DNA of 64,000 nt from an uncultured Actinomycetota bacterium (GCA_964510515.1 CAZEAU010000008.1:5379-69378), one strand, 5' to 3'; counted from the stretch's first letter, positions 1-10,280 are shown. Numbers and translations are program-made. The notes: generated from the letters alone by a model not told the origin.

Positions 1-2
1 TC

Positions 3-1460
3 ATGGTCGGGACCATGAACCCGGAGGAGGGCGAGCTGCGCCCCCAGCTCGAGGACCGTTTCGGGTTATGCGTGGAGGTGGCGGGCGAGAGGTGCAGCCA
101 GGACCGCGTCGAGGTCATCCGCCGCCGCCAGCGTTTCCTGGAGGACCCCGCGCTTCTCCGCGCCGCATACGCCCCCGCGCAGGAACGTCTGCGGCGACAG
201 GTCCTGCAGGCGCGCGAGCTCCTGCCCCGGATCGAGCTCACGGACGCCATCCTGGAGCTGGTGGCGCGTATCGCCGTGGAGATGAGCGTCTGCGGTCACC
301 GCGCCGACATCGCCACCTGCCAGGCGGCCCGGGCCCTGGCCGCGCTCGGGGGAAGCGCGGTTATCGGCGAGGACCATATCCGCGAGGCCGCGGAGATGGC
401 GCTCGTGCACCGCCTGAGAAAGTCCCCCTTCGACGACCAGCTGAAAGACCTGGAGCGCCTGGAGCGCATCATCGAGCGCAAGGGAAGGCTGATAGGCCTC
501 CCCCTGCAGGACAACCTGCCCGCCGAAGCCCCCGGGGCGGACGCTTCCCCCCCCGCATCCCCGGAGACGGAGAGGCGGCCCGCGAGAGCGCTCGTGGAGA
601 GGCGCGCCGAGGCCTCGGGCAAGGACTTCGAGGCGCCGACCCTGCAGGAAGCGGCGGCCAGGCTCGCCGGCGCCGCGAACGGCAGGAGGGGCAGTGCGGT
701 CACGGAATCGGGCGGGGGGCGGCGAGTCGGGCACCGCCTTCTCCGCCCCGACGAGGAGGTCGGGGCCGCCGGGCTGGCCATGGACGCCACCCTGCGCGCC
801 GCGGCCACGAGGACGGCGGGCAGCGAGGAGGCCTTCGGGGTGCGCAGGCAGGATCTGCGCGCCTCCATCCGGCGGCGCAAGGCGGGCGTCCTCATCCTCT
901 TCATCCTCGACGCCAGCGCCTCCATGGGCTGCCACGAGAGGATAGAGGCCACGAAGAAGGTCGTGGGCCAGCTCCTCGTGGATGCCTACCAGAAAAGGGA
1001 CCGCGTGGGCCTGATCTCGTTCCGCGACGAAGGCGCACAGCTGGTGCTCAACCCGACCTCCAGCGTACAGCTGGCCAGCCTGCGCATCAAAGACCTTGCC
1101 ACCGGCGGGGCGACGCCGCTCAATCACGGGCTGGCCATGGGGTTGATGGTGGCCAAGCGCGAGCTCAGGCGCGACCCCGACACCGCCCCCCTGCTGGTGC
1201 TCATCACCGACGGTCACGGCAACGTGGGCTACGCCTCCGCCAACCCCCTGCGCGAGAGCCTGGAGCTGGCGGAGAAAATACGCGCCCAGCACCTTTCCTG
1301 CCTGGTCTTCGATACCTCCCCGCTGATGCCCTCCGCGAGGGCGGGCCGCGCCGCCCCGCCCCATGCCCGCCGCATAGCCGAGGCCATGGGAGCGGAATAC
1401 CACCGCCTCCCCAGCCTGCAGCCCCAGGAAATCATGCAGCGCCTGGGCAAGCACCTCTGA
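3..1460 (+). CDS. Mg-chelatase-like AAA+/vWA protein (ChlD/BchD-like), 5' partial
   Basis: ORF is open at the window start. The N-terminal part looks like the C-terminal lid of a ChlI-type AAA+ domain (ILELVARIAVEMSVCGHRADIATCQAARALAAL). A Pro/Ala/acidic linker follows, then a vWA/MIDAS domain (VLILFILDASASMGC ... LVLITDGHGNVG). Confidence 0.7.
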   Translation: MVGTMNPEEGELRPQLEDRFGLCVEVAGERCSQDRVEVIRRRQRFLEDPALLRAAYAPAQERLRRQVLQARELLPRIELTDAILELVARIAVEMSVCGHRADIATCQAARALAALGGSAVIGEDHIREAAEMALVHRLRKSPFDDQLKDLERLERIIERKGRLIGLPLQDNLPAEAPGADASPPASPETERRPARALVERRAEASGKDFEAPTLQEAAARLAGAANGRRGSAVTESGGGRRVGHRLLRPDEEVGAAGLAMDATLRAAATRTAGSEEAFGVRRQDLRASIRRRKAGVLILFILDASASMGCHERIEATKKVVGQLLVDAYQKRDRVGLISFRDEGAQLVLNPTSSVQLASLRIKDLATGGATPLNHGLAMGLMVAKRELRRDPDTAPLLVLITDGHGNVGYASANPLRESLELAEKIRAQHLSCLVFDTSPLMPSARAGRAAPPHARRIAEAMGAEYHRLPSLQPQEIMQRLGKHL

Positions 1461-1708
1461 GCCCGCCTCGCCCACCCGGCACGACGCCCGGCGGGGCTGC
1501 GGGGCCACGTCTTGCGAACCCGAGGCAAAACCCCCGGTGCGAACAGGAAAAATAGCGGAGCAGGCAAAGAACAAGACCTGACCCCATCTGGTTATATAAG
1601 GCTAAACGGAGAGGGTTTCCTGCCGATAAATGAGGGAGTAGGAGAACGCGAGGCGAGGCCGGAGCTCATGCGGCTGTCGGCGGGCGACAAAGGGGCCTTG
1701 ACGCCGAG

Positions 1709-3580
1709 GTGGTCATGGATGACGTGCTGGGGCTGAAAACGGACGGCGAGGAGGGCGCACCCCGCGCCGCGCCGGGCTACACCATTCCCCTCCTGGTGGC
1801 CATCATCGTCGCTCTGGCAGGGGGCATGATCGCGGTCAGCTCCGTGCTCAACGCGCCCGCCAACTTCATCGTGGGGGGGGTGCTGGGCGCCTGCGTGGTC
1901 GCCCTGGCGACATTCCTCGCCTTCGAATGGCAACACTACCGCGAACAGAACAAGGGATATATAGAGGAGATCACCGGCCTCAACCTGAGGTTCGGCATAC
2001 TCGCCGACGCGGTCAGCGCGGTCAGCTCCACCCTCGATCTCGAGGAGCTGGTGGCGAACATCCTGGGGGTGATGCTCACCCTGACCAACTCCTCCATAGG
2101 CGTGGTCCTCGTCCCCGACGAGAGCTCCACCTCGCTGCAGGTACTGTCGCACCGCGGCTTCAAGGAGAAGGCGGTGCGAGGCCTGAAGATCCGGCTGGGC
2201 AAGGGGGCCGTGAGCAAGGCCTTCCAGACCGGGAAGACGATCATCCGCCGGGACCTTCCCGAGGACCCCAGGGCCCCCGAGACCTACATCGAGGGAAGGA
2301 GCCCCAAATCCCAGATCATCATGCCCCTCAAGGCCCGGGGCCGGATGGTGGGCGTCGCGGTGACGGCGTCCGGCGAGGGGCACGAATACACGCCGGACGA
2401 GGTCACGCTCCTCTCCAGCCTCGCGCATGAGCTGGCCGTGGCCATGATCAACGTGGACCTCTACCAGCAGAGCCGGAAGACCCTGGAGTGGCTGGCGGAT
2501 TCACAGGAATACACGGAGCATTTCATCCGGGAGATGCTCGCGGGCGTTATGGTCATCAACAACGGCGGAGACACCATCTACTTCAACGATGAGGCGGCGG
2601 CCATATTCGGCATCGAGGCCAAGGAGGTCATCGGGGTCAACTACGAGGACCTGGCGGAGGAGGTCGAGAAGTTCCGCCCCCTCTCCTACCTCAAGCCCAT
2701 ATTCCGCCTCTGCCTCGAGGAGGGCCGGAGTTTCCGCCGCCACGAGATGGCCATCGCCGGGCCGCGGGGCGGCAAACTGGACCTCAGCTTCAACGCCTTC
2801 CCCCTCCACCGCTCCCGGGGCGAGCGCATGGGGGCCGCCATAGTCTTCGTGGACGTCACGGCGGTGAAGGCCATGGAGTCGAGGCTGCGACAGCAGGACC
2901 ACCTGTCGATACTCGGCCAGATGGCCGCCAAGATCGCCCACGAGGTGAAAAACCCCCTCTTCGCCATCATCGGGCTTGCCGACGAGCTGGCGGAGGAGGA
3001 GGGCGACCCGGAGCGCAAGCGCCTGCTGTCCATGATCCGGCGCGAGGCCACTTTCAGCAATCAGTGGATATCCGGCATGCTCGCCTTCAGCAAGTCCCCC
3101 TTCCCCGTGGGCGCGGAGGCGGCCCTCGCGCTGCGGTCCAGCCTCCCCGAGCTGATCGCGGACTTCGAACGCGTCCACGAACAGGATGGCTTGAAGATCT
3201 TATGCGACCTGGAGGAAGACCTTCCGCCGGTCATGTTGAGCCGCGATAACATGCGGCACATCCTCTTCAACCTGCTGGAAAACTCCATGCACGCCATGCC
3301 CCTGGGAGGGGTGATAACCGTACGCGGGCATTGCGCCGGCAACGGCTTCGTGGAGATGCGCGTCGAGGATACCGGGGGCGGCATCCATCCCGACGTCCTC
3401 CCTTCCCTCTTCGACCCCTTCTTCACCACCAAGGACGGGGGCACCGGCCTCGGCCTGTCCATAGTGCATAAGATCATTCTGGACATAGGCGGCGACGTAG
3501 ATGTACTCTCACAGCAGGACCTGGGAACGACCTTCATCCTGAGACTGCCGACCCAAAGGGTGAGCCATGAGCGGGATTGA
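1709..3580 (+). CDS. Sensor histidine kinase (2 TM, GAF, PAS, HisKA, HATPase_c)
   Basis: Two N-terminal hydrophobic helices. GAF-like region, then PAS (GVMVINNGGDTIYFNDEAAAIFG), H-box (AHEVKNPLFAIIGLADEL), and G-boxes (DTGGGI, GTGLGLSIVHKII). Start is GTG 1709 or ATG 1715. Confidence 0.85.
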   Translation: MVMDDVLGLKTDGEEGAPRAAPGYTIPLLVAIIVALAGGMIAVSSVLNAPANFIVGGVLGACVVALATFLAFEWQHYREQNKGYIEEITGLNLRFGILADAVSAVSSTLDLEELVANILGVMLTLTNSSIGVVLVPDESSTSLQVLSHRGFKEKAVRGLKIRLGKGAVSKAFQTGKTIIRRDLPEDPRAPETYIEGRSPKSQIIMPLKARGRMVGVAVTASGEGHEYTPDEVTLLSSLAHELAVAMINVDLYQQSRKTLEWLADSQEYTEHFIREMLAGVMVINNGGDTIYFNDEAAAIFGIEAKEVIGVNYEDLAEEVEKFRPLSYLKPIFRLCLEEGRSFRRHEMAIAGPRGGKLDLSFNAFPLHRSRGERMGAAIVFVDVTAVKAMESRLRQQDHLSILGQMAAKIAHEVKNPLFAIIGLADELAEEEGDPERKRLLSMIRREATFSNQWISGMLAFSKSPFPVGAEAALALRSSLPELIADFERVHEQDGLKILCDLEEDLPPVMLSRDNMRHILFNLLENSMHAMPLGGVITVRGHCAGNGFVEMRVEDTGGGIHPDVLPSLFDPFFTTKDGGTGLGLSIVHKIILDIGGDVDVLSQQDLGTTFILRLPTQRVSHERD

Positions 3581-3941
3581 CGCCAAGCTTCTCATCGTGG
3601 ATGACAATGAGGGAGTAAGACATCTGGTGTCCCGCTGGCTGGAGAGGGCGGGCTTCGCGGTCGAGGAGGCCAAAGACGGCGCCGAGGCCGTCGAGATGGT
3701 GAAGAAGGACCCCCCGCATATCATCCTCGCGGATATCCGCATGCCGAACATCGACGGCATCGAACTGGCGCGCATCATCAAGAACGACTATCCCGCCATC
3801 AAGATAATCCTCATGACCGCCTATTCCTCGCCGCAGACCATCGCGCAGGCCAGGCGCGAGGGGGTGGACGATTACCTGGAGAAGCCCTTCACCAAGGACC
3901 AGGTGGAGAGGATAACCATGCAGGCCCTATCCGCCAGGTAG
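3567..3941 (+). CDS. Single-domain response regulator (CheY-like receiver)
   Basis: LLIVDDNEGVRHLV .. ILADIRMPNIDGIEL .. receiver motifs. ATG overlaps the kinase stop (ATGA), suggesting translational coupling. Confidence 0.85.
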   Translation: MSGIDAKLLIVDDNEGVRHLVSRWLERAGFAVEEAKDGAEAVEMVKKDPPHIILADIRMPNIDGIELARIIKNDYPAIKIILMTAYSSPQTIAQARREGVDDYLEKPFTKDQVERITMQALSAR

Positions 3942-3981
3942 CGGGACAGCCCGCTGCCGCTCGGCGGGGCGGAGCCCGGGC

Positions 3982-4791
3982 TCATGGGGGAAGGCGCAGC
4001 GCGGTCCTCCTCCGCGCCGAGAAGACGCATATCTCTCCGTACCCCACCCGGCGCAGCAGCGCCAGCGCCTGCTCGAAGTCGCGCCCCACATCGTCGGGGC
4101 GGTGGGCGTCCGAGCCCAGGGTCACGCCTATCTCCCGCTCGCGGCACAGGCGCAGGAAATCCTCGTCCGGATACATCTCCCGCACCGGCATGCGCAGGCC
4201 GGCGGTGCTCACCTCCACCGCCACCCCGGACGCGGCTACGCGGTCCAGGCAGCGTTCCCGCAGGCGTGTCAGGTCCCCCTCGGGCCGGAACCCGAACTTC
4301 TTGACCAGGTCCGGGTGGGCCAGGATGTCGAAGAGCCCGCTCTCGGCCGCTTCCGCCAGGAGCTCGAAGTAGCGCTCCCATAACGCGTAGAGGTCGCGCC
4401 CCTCATACTCGCCCAGGTTGCGGGGGTCGTCGAAAGCCCAGCCGTCCACGAAATGCACCGCCCCCATGACGTAATCGAAGGGGTGGGAGTCGAGCAGGGC
4501 GGCCATGCGGGATACCGTCTGCGGCACATAGTCCGCCTCTATCCCCAGCTTGACCGTGAGGCGGGGAAAGCGCCCGCGCACCTCGCCCACCTCGGCCACG
4601 TAGGCCGGCAGCTCCTCCCGCCCCATGCTCAGGGTCGCGTCCCTCGTGTGCAGCAGGGGCAGATGGTCCGAGAAGCCTATCTCGCGCAGGCCCACCTCCA
4701 CCGCCCTTTGCGCATAGTCGTCGAGCCGTCCCTGGGCGTGGCCGCAACGGGCGGTGTGCAGATGATAGTCGACCAGGTGCATGGCTTTCAT
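3982..4791 (-). CDS. Histidinol-phosphatase, PHP family
   Basis: MKAMHLVDYHLHTARCGHA .. HLH and downstream His/Asp metal ligands typical of the PHP fold. The ORF-track start at 4872 is probably too far upstream; ATG 4791 or 4782 is preferred. Confidence 0.65.
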   Translation of the reverse strand: MKAMHLVDYHLHTARCGHAQGRLDDYAQRAVEVGLREIGFSDHLPLLHTRDATLSMGREELPAYVAEVGEVRGRFPRLTVKLGIEADYVPQTVSRMAALLDSHPFDYVMGAVHFVDGWAFDDPRNLGEYEGRDLYALWERYFELLAEAAESGLFDILAHPDLVKKFGFRPEGDLTRLRERCLDRVAASGVAVEVSTAGLRMPVREMYPDEDFLRLCREREIGVTLGSDAHRPDDVGRDFEQALALLRRVGYGEICVFSARRRTALRLPP

Positions 4792-4904
4792 CAGAAGAAG
4801 CATAGCAGATTCCCGAAGCCACTTCTCCCAGCGGAACCCGAGGTGATATACTTCACAGTTGTACGGCTTCAATCATTCGCCGGATCGAAAGGAGGACGCA
4901 GGGA

Positions 4905-5057
4905 ATGGGAAAGGCCAAGAAGCTCAAGAAGGCTGAGAAGGTCGTCGCCAAGACCGAGAAAAAGAAGGGCAAGCTGGAGAAGGCGCTCGGGAAGCTCGAG
5001 AAGGCAGGGGCCAAAGCCCAGAAGAAAGTGGATAAGCTCTCCAAGAAGCTTGCCTGA
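4905..5057 (+). CDS. Small lysine-rich protein (50 aa), not in ORF track
   Basis: ATG at 4905 lies 7 nt after AAAGGAGG. Clean 50-codon frame MGKAKKLKKAEKVVAKTEKKKGKLEKALGKLEKAGAKAQKKVDKLSKKLA with heptad-like K/E periodicity. GC-rich third positions. Confidence 0.45.
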   Translation: MGKAKKLKKAEKVVAKTEKKKGKLEKALGKLEKAGAKAQKKVDKLSKKLA

Positions 5058-5115
5058 CATCCGTACCCGATCGACCGCTGGGGAGAGGCTCCCAGCCGGC
5101 ATAAATATCGTTTTT

Positions 5116-5141
5116 CCGGGGCAGCATTGGCGCTGCCCCGG
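5116..5141. other. Perfect 10-bp stem / 6-nt loop hairpin downstream of the small K-rich ORF
   Basis: ccggggcagc attggc gctgccccgg, preceded by a T5 tract. No canonical U-tract follows on either strand, so its role as a terminator is uncertain. Confidence 0.3.
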
Positions 5142-5395
5142 AGCCGTTCGCCCCGGCCTCCCGGCGTGGAGATCCCTGCGCCTTCGAGGAACGCAGCGGC
5201 CGTGCCTCGGCGCTGCGGGGGCCGCTCCTGATGTTGCTTATCCGCTCCAGGGGGATAGGCGTAGCGCTCTTGTTGATGATCCCCCGGGAGATAAGGAAGA
5301 ACCCCACCGTTTGCGGGCGCCGCTTCCCGCTCCGCGATTATTCTTCCCCGCCGCCGGCCCCTGAAGCGCGCTTGCGCCGCATGCGCGCGCCGCCA

Positions 5396-6301
5396 TCAGA
5401 AAGAGGTGATGGAGGCGAACTCGCGGTATCTCTCCTCTATCTCCTCCTCGCTCAGGTCGCGCAGGCGGTTGCAGGAAAACGACTCCACGTTGAAGGAGGC
5501 GACGACGCTGCCGTAAACGATGGACCTGCGGATATCCTCCTCGTTCATCTCTGGAAAGCGCGACAGGGAGCCCAGAAAGCCGCCCCCGAAGGTATCGCCC
5601 GCGCCCGTGGGGTCGAAAACGGCCTCCAGGGGATAGGCGGGCAGGGAGAAAAAGACCCCCTCGCCGAGCATGATCACGCCGTGCTCGCCTTTCTTGATGA
5701 TCACCCGGCCCGGCCCCATCTCCAGGAGCTTCCTGCCCGCGGTGACCAGGTTCGGCTCGCCCGCGAGCTGCCTGGCCTCGGCGTCGTTGAGCAGGAGGTA
5801 ATCGACATGGGAGATGGTTTCGAGCAGGGCTTCGCGCTGGCTCTCGATCCAGAAGTTCATGGTGTCGCAGGCGATGAGGCGCGGCGAGCGTATCTGCCGC
5901 AGCACCTTGAGCTGCAGGGCGGGGTGGATATTGGCCAGAAACACGTATTCGGAGTCACGGTACTCCTCGGGTATCTCGGGGTCGAACCCCTCGAACACGT
6001 TGAGCTGAGTGTCCGTGGTGTGGGCGTCGTTGAGGTCGAACTCGTAGTATCCCTTCCAGCGGAAGGTCCTGCCCGGAAGGCGCTTGAGCCCCCCGATGTC
6101 GATGGAGCGCGAGGCGAGGAAGTCGACATGTGCCGCGGGGAAGTCCTCCCCCACCACCGCCACCAGCCTCACCCGGTTGAAGAGCGAGGCCGCCACGCTG
6201 AAGTAGGTGGCCGAGCCCCCCAGTATCTCCTCGACCTCTCCGAAGGGGGTGCGGATGGAATCGAGGGCCACGGAACCTACGACCAGTATGCTCATCTCCA
6301 C
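5396..6301 (-). CDS. PfkB-family carbohydrate kinase
   Basis: Ribokinase-like fold: N-terminal GG motif region and the C-terminal DPTGAGDTFGGGF anion-hole motif. Confidence 0.8.
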   Translation of the reverse strand: MEMSILVVGSVALDSIRTPFGEVEEILGGSATYFSVAASLFNRVRLVAVVGEDFPAAHVDFLASRSIDIGGLKRLPGRTFRWKGYYEFDLNDAHTTDTQLNVFEGFDPEIPEEYRDSEYVFLANIHPALQLKVLRQIRSPRLIACDTMNFWIESQREALLETISHVDYLLLNDAEARQLAGEPNLVTAGRKLLEMGPGRVIIKKGEHGVIMLGEGVFFSLPAYPLEAVFDPTGAGDTFGGGFLGSLSRFPEMNEEDIRRSIVYGSVVASFNVESFSCNRLRDLSEEEIEERYREFASITSF

Positions 6302-6652
6302 CTCCGTACGTAAGCGGTCCCACCGGCGTTGACGGGCCTGCCTCCGGACCCCATCGCTGCAGCCCGCGGCCCCGACACTCCGCTACCTTATCATCTATCA
6401 TCATAGTACTGCGTTCTTGCCCCGCTGCGCACCGCACAAGCGCGGGCGCGGCGCGCTCCCCCACCGCGGACGGGATACCCCGGGACGGCCTGTGTGAGGT
6501 CAGTGCGGGCATCCCGCCGGGGATGCTAGTATTGATGTGAAGAAGGATTGAGGGTATATTTTTAGACTGCAAGCCGGAAAACCCGCCACGCGCTTCCGGA
6601 TGGGGCGAAGCGCAGCGGGCGGGAGAGAGATATCGCCAGAGGTGAAGGTAAA

Positions 6653-6949
6653 ATGCCGAGATACGATTACAAGTGCGAGGGTTGCGGCGACGTCTTCGAG
6701 GCCGTGCACGGCGTCGGCGACAGCGTGGAGGGCTGCCCCGAGTGTGGAGGCAAGGTCAGGCGCCTCTTCCATCCCGTGGGGATAATCTTCAAGGGTTCGG
6801 GGTTTTACAAGACGGACTACCGCTCCTCCTCGGACAACGGCGGCGACAAGCCCGCACCCAGACACGTGGAGAAGGAAAAGGACAGGCCCGCGGACAAGGC
6901 CCCGCAGAAGGAAGAGAAGGCGGCCGAGGCGAAGGCGGCGGGAGACTGA
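6653..6949 (+). CDS. FmdB-family zinc-ribbon regulatory protein
   Basis: MPRYDYKCEGCGDVFE .. CPECGG: canonical FmdB CxxC-x-CxxC ribbon. C-terminal basic/acidic tail. RBS GAGGTGAAGG upstream. Confidence 0.75.
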   Translation: MPRYDYKCEGCGDVFEAVHGVGDSVEGCPECGGKVRRLFHPVGIIFKGSGFYKTDYRSSSDNGGDKPAPRHVEKEKDRPADKAPQKEEKAAEAKAAGD

Positions 6950-6986
6950 CGCGGGCGGCGGGGAGGAAAGGGATACGGGGGTCCAC

Positions 6987-7823
6987 ATGCAGCTTCCCCA
7001 GGTAAAGATGGGCGTCTTCGGCGGCTCCGGGTTTTACTCCCTGCTCGAGAGGGCCCGCAGCTACGCCGTGCACACCCCTTACGGTGACCCCAGCGACCGC
7101 TTCACGGTGGGGGAGCTGGGTGGCGTGGAGGTGGTTTTTCTGCCCCGCCACGGGCGTCACCACCAACACCCTCCGCACGGCATCAACTTCCGCGCCAACC
7201 TCTGGGGCATGCGCGAGCTCGGCGTGGAGCGCATCATCTCCCCCGGAGCCTGCGGCTCGCTGCAGAAGGAGATACCGCCGGGCACCTTCGTCCTCTGCGA
7301 TCAGTTCATAGACCGCACCTCGGGCCGGGACGACACCTTCCATGACGGGCCCGTGGTAGTGCACATAAACTGCTCTGAGCCTTACTGCCCCGCCATGCGG
7401 GAGGCCTGCGCCGGCACGGCTCGCGGGCTGGGCATCGACTGCCGCAACGGGGGCACGGCGGTGATCATACAAGGACCGCGTTTCAGCACCCGCGCCGAGA
7501 GCAAATGGTATCATTCCCAGGGCTGGGACGTGGTCAACATGACCCAGTACCCCGAGGTGGTCCTGGCCAGGGAGCTGGGCATGTGCTACCTCAACATCTC
7601 GCTGGTCACCGACTGGGACGTATGGGTCGCCGGCGAGAAGGGGGTCAAGACGGTGAGCGCCGAGGATATCGGGCGCGTTTTCCAGGAGAACAACGAGAGG
7701 CTGCTCCTCCTGCTCGAGGAGCTGATGCCGGCCCTGGCCGGGGACCTGGACTGCGACTGTTCCTCCATGCTCGAGGAGGCGACCATCAGCCCCATCGAGA
7801 TCGTGGAGCAGCCCCGAGCATGA
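6987..7823 (+). CDS. S-methyl-5'-thioadenosine phosphorylase (purine nucleoside phosphorylase family)
   Basis: MGVFGGSGFY .. PYGDPSD .. FLPRHG .. HQHPPHGINFRANLWGM: MTAP/PNP-I signature blocks. Confidence 0.8.
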   Translation: MQLPQVKMGVFGGSGFYSLLERARSYAVHTPYGDPSDRFTVGELGGVEVVFLPRHGRHHQHPPHGINFRANLWGMRELGVERIISPGACGSLQKEIPPGTFVLCDQFIDRTSGRDDTFHDGPVVVHINCSEPYCPAMREACAGTARGLGIDCRNGGTAVIIQGPRFSTRAESKWYHSQGWDVVNMTQYPEVVLARELGMCYLNISLVTDWDVWVAGEKGVKTVSAEDIGRVFQENNERLLLLLEELMPALAGDLDCDCSSMLEEATISPIEIVEQPRA

Positions 7824-7833
7824 GTCGCCTGCC

Positions 7834-8967
7834 GTGATCCCGAGCAAGGGCTTCCGGATAGCGAGCCTGCGGGGGGTCTCCGTTTATCTGCATTGGAGCT
7901 GGTTCATAGTCTTCTTCCTCCTCCTCTGGGTGGTGATGCGGTTCTTCCGGGCCAACACCGCTTCCGCGCCGGCGGTCTATGTTCCCGTGGCCGTGGCCAC
8001 CACCCTGCTCTTCTTCATCTCCGTGCTCCTGCACGAGCTTTCCCACTCCATGGTCGCCAACCGCAACGGCATTCCCATCAGCCGCATCACCCTCTTCGTC
8101 TTCGGCGGGGTGGCCCAGATGGACCGCGAGGTGCCCTCTCCGGGGGTGGAGTTCAAGATGGCGGTGGCGGGTCCGCTGTGCTCTTACGCGCTCTGCCTCG
8201 TCTTCGGGGGGGCGTCCTATCTCTTGCACATCCTCGGCGCGGACACCATCTCCTTCGGCTTCATACTCCTTGCCGCGGTCAACTTCGGGTTGGGGACCTT
8301 CAACCTCATCCCGGGCTTTCCCCTCGACGGGGGGAGGGTGCTGCGCTCCCTGCTCTGGCACCATTGGGGCGACCTGGAGAGGAGCACCCGCGCCGCCAGC
8401 CGCATGGGCCAGGCGGTGGGGGCGTTGCTGGCGGTAGGCGGCGTGGTCATGCTCGCCCTGGACCTCTTCCACGGCGAACGCGACCTCCTCTTCGCCAGCG
8501 TGTGGTTCATGCTCGTGGGGACCTTTCTCATCCAGGCCGCTTTCGCCGCCTACCGGCAGGCGAGCCTGCGCGCCTCCCTGGCCGGTGCCTCTGTACGGGG
8601 CCTGACCCGCATGGGGGTCCCCGCCCTGGACGCCTCGGTCACCCTGGAGGAAGCCTACCGGACGCAGCTGCAGAGGTCGCCCTCAAGCCCGCTCCCCGTG
8701 CTCAGGCAGGGCAGGCTGGCGGCCACCGTGACCCTCGCGGATCTCAAGCCGGTGAGCCCGGCGGCATGGCCCGACACCCCCCTGGCCAGGGTGGCGCGCC
8801 CGTTGGGCCAGGCCGAGAGCGTGGAACCGGACACCCCCCTCTTGGAAGCCATGCTGATCATGGAGCGTTCGGGCAGAGATTTCCTGTGGGTGGTCGAGGA
8901 CGGCCGCCTCGTGGGGGTGTTTCTGGGCACGGACGCGCGCCGCGCCGCGCAGCGGCGCAGGAAATGA
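7834..8967 (+). CDS. Site-2 protease (M50 family) with C-terminal CBS pair
   Basis: Multi-TM N-terminus with HELSHSM (HExxH) and NLIPGFPLDGGRVL (LDG) motifs. C-terminal about 120 aa is CBS-like. GTG start. Confidence 0.8.
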   Translation: MIPSKGFRIASLRGVSVYLHWSWFIVFFLLLWVVMRFFRANTASAPAVYVPVAVATTLLFFISVLLHELSHSMVANRNGIPISRITLFVFGGVAQMDREVPSPGVEFKMAVAGPLCSYALCLVFGGASYLLHILGADTISFGFILLAAVNFGLGTFNLIPGFPLDGGRVLRSLLWHHWGDLERSTRAASRMGQAVGALLAVGGVVMLALDLFHGERDLLFASVWFMLVGTFLIQAAFAAYRQASLRASLAGASVRGLTRMGVPALDASVTLEEAYRTQLQRSPSSPLPVLRQGRLAATVTLADLKPVSPAAWPDTPLARVARPLGQAESVEPDTPLLEAMLIMERSGRDFLWVVEDGRLVGVFLGTDARRAAQRRRK

Positions 8968-9057
8968 ATCGGATGCGCGCTTGGGATATAATGATGCCTG
9001 GCCTGTCGGGCTGAGAAAAGACCGGAGCGGTACCCGGATGAGAGGAAGGAGCCTGCT

Positions 9058-10101
9058 ATGAAGACGCGCATCACCGAGGCCCTGGGCATAGAGCACCCCA
9101 TTCTGCTGTCCGGCATGAGCTGGATCAGCCTGCCCAAGATGGTGGCGGCAGTATCGGAAGCGGGGGGCCTGGGCCTCCTCGCCACCGGCGTCCTCGACGC
9201 CGATGAGACGAAGGCGGCAGTGAGGGAGATCCGCTCGCTTACCGACAAGCCTTTCGGGGCCAACGTCTCCCTCCTCTTCCCCGGCGCGGCCCAGAACGCG
9301 GTGGCGCTGCTGGAGGAGAAGGTGCCGGTGATCAATTTCTCGCTCGGCAAGGGCGACTGGATCGTGCAGATGGCCCACGAATACGGCGGCAAGGTGCTGG
9401 CCACGGTGACCAATCTCCGCCATGCCAAGCGGGCCCAGGATTACGGCTGCGACGGCGTCATCGCCACCGGCAACGAGGCGGCGGCACACGGCGAGGAGGT
9501 GACCACCTTCTGCCTCGTGCCCAGCCTGGCCTCGGGCCTGGACATCCCGGTGGTGGCGGCCGGGGGGGTCGGCGACGGCAGGGGCCTGGCGGCGGCCCTG
9601 GCCTTGGGCGCGGAGGGCGTGGCCATGGGCACCCGCCTCATGACCACGGTGGAGAGCCCGCTGCACCAGAACTACAAGCAGCTCTCCCTGGAAAAGGACG
9701 TCTACGATACCCTTTTCTCCAAGAACTTCGACGGCCTGTGGTGCCGGGTGCTGGACACGCCGGCGGCACGCAAGGCCACCAAGCGCGGCCTCACCCCCCT
9801 CGGCTACCTCAAGGCCATCCCCAATTCGCGCTCCATCGCCGAGATGCTCAAGCTCCCCTATTACAAGCTCTTCGTGGGCGTGCTCGCCTCCGGCTGGGAG
9901 AACGCCCGCCAGCTGGCCTTCATGGCCAACGCCTTCAAGCAGATCCGCATCGCCACCGAGGACGGCGATATCGAGCGCGGCGTGCTTCCCGTGGGCCAGG
10001 TGACCGGGCTCATGCACGACATCCCCAGCGTGAAGGAGGTCATCGAGAGGACGGTCAGGGAGGCGGAGGAGGTAATGAAGGGCCTCGCCGCCAAGGTGTG
10101 A
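9058..10101 (+). CDS. Nitronate monooxygenase (NMO) family FMN oxidoreductase, FabK-like
   Basis: ILLSGMSWIS .. GGLGLL .. VIATGNEAAAHGEEV .. VVAAGGVGDGRG TIM-barrel FMN motifs. RBS AGGAAGGAG. Confidence 0.75.
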   Translation: MKTRITEALGIEHPILLSGMSWISLPKMVAAVSEAGGLGLLATGVLDADETKAAVREIRSLTDKPFGANVSLLFPGAAQNAVALLEEKVPVINFSLGKGDWIVQMAHEYGGKVLATVTNLRHAKRAQDYGCDGVIATGNEAAAHGEEVTTFCLVPSLASGLDIPVVAAGGVGDGRGLAAALALGAEGVAMGTRLMTTVESPLHQNYKQLSLEKDVYDTLFSKNFDGLWCRVLDTPAARKATKRGLTPLGYLKAIPNSRSIAEMLKLPYYKLFVGVLASGWENARQLAFMANAFKQIRIATEDGDIERGVLPVGQVTGLMHDIPSVKEVIERTVREAEEVMKGLAAKV

Positions 10102-10280
10102 CGCCCGCACTATCCCGCGGCCCCGCCCCGCCGGGCGGGGCCCTCTCTTTGCCCCGCATGGTCGGCGCCCGGCCCTCCCCTCCCCGCGCAGGCCCGGCCA
10201 TGCCCCCGCTGGCCGCGAGGGGGCCCGCCGCGGGGACGCGGGGCGAGGCGGATGCGCGCACGCAAGAGGCGCGGAATACC

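Noticed and set aside
66-1574. Long overlapping ORFs (502 aa minus strand, 495 aa plus strand in another frame) covering the first gene
   Set aside because: Arg/Gly/Pro-rich low-complexity translations typical of alternative frames in high-GC DNA. They overlap a frame with clear AAA+/vWA motifs.
4453-6313. Plus-strand ORFs of 303 aa and 360 aa
   Set aside because: Antisense or overlapping to the PHP phosphatase and PfkB kinase genes. No motifs; low-complexity.
6511-6530. Hairpin GCATCCC-GCCG-GGGATGC as a terminator or riboswitch element
   Set aside because: No U-tract. It lies in the promoter region upstream of the pfkB gene with no upstream plus-strand gene. It is probably incidental GC-rich secondary structure.
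6789-7847. 352-aa minus-strand ORF
   Set aside because: Antisense of the MTA phosphorylase gene, which carries clear family motifs.
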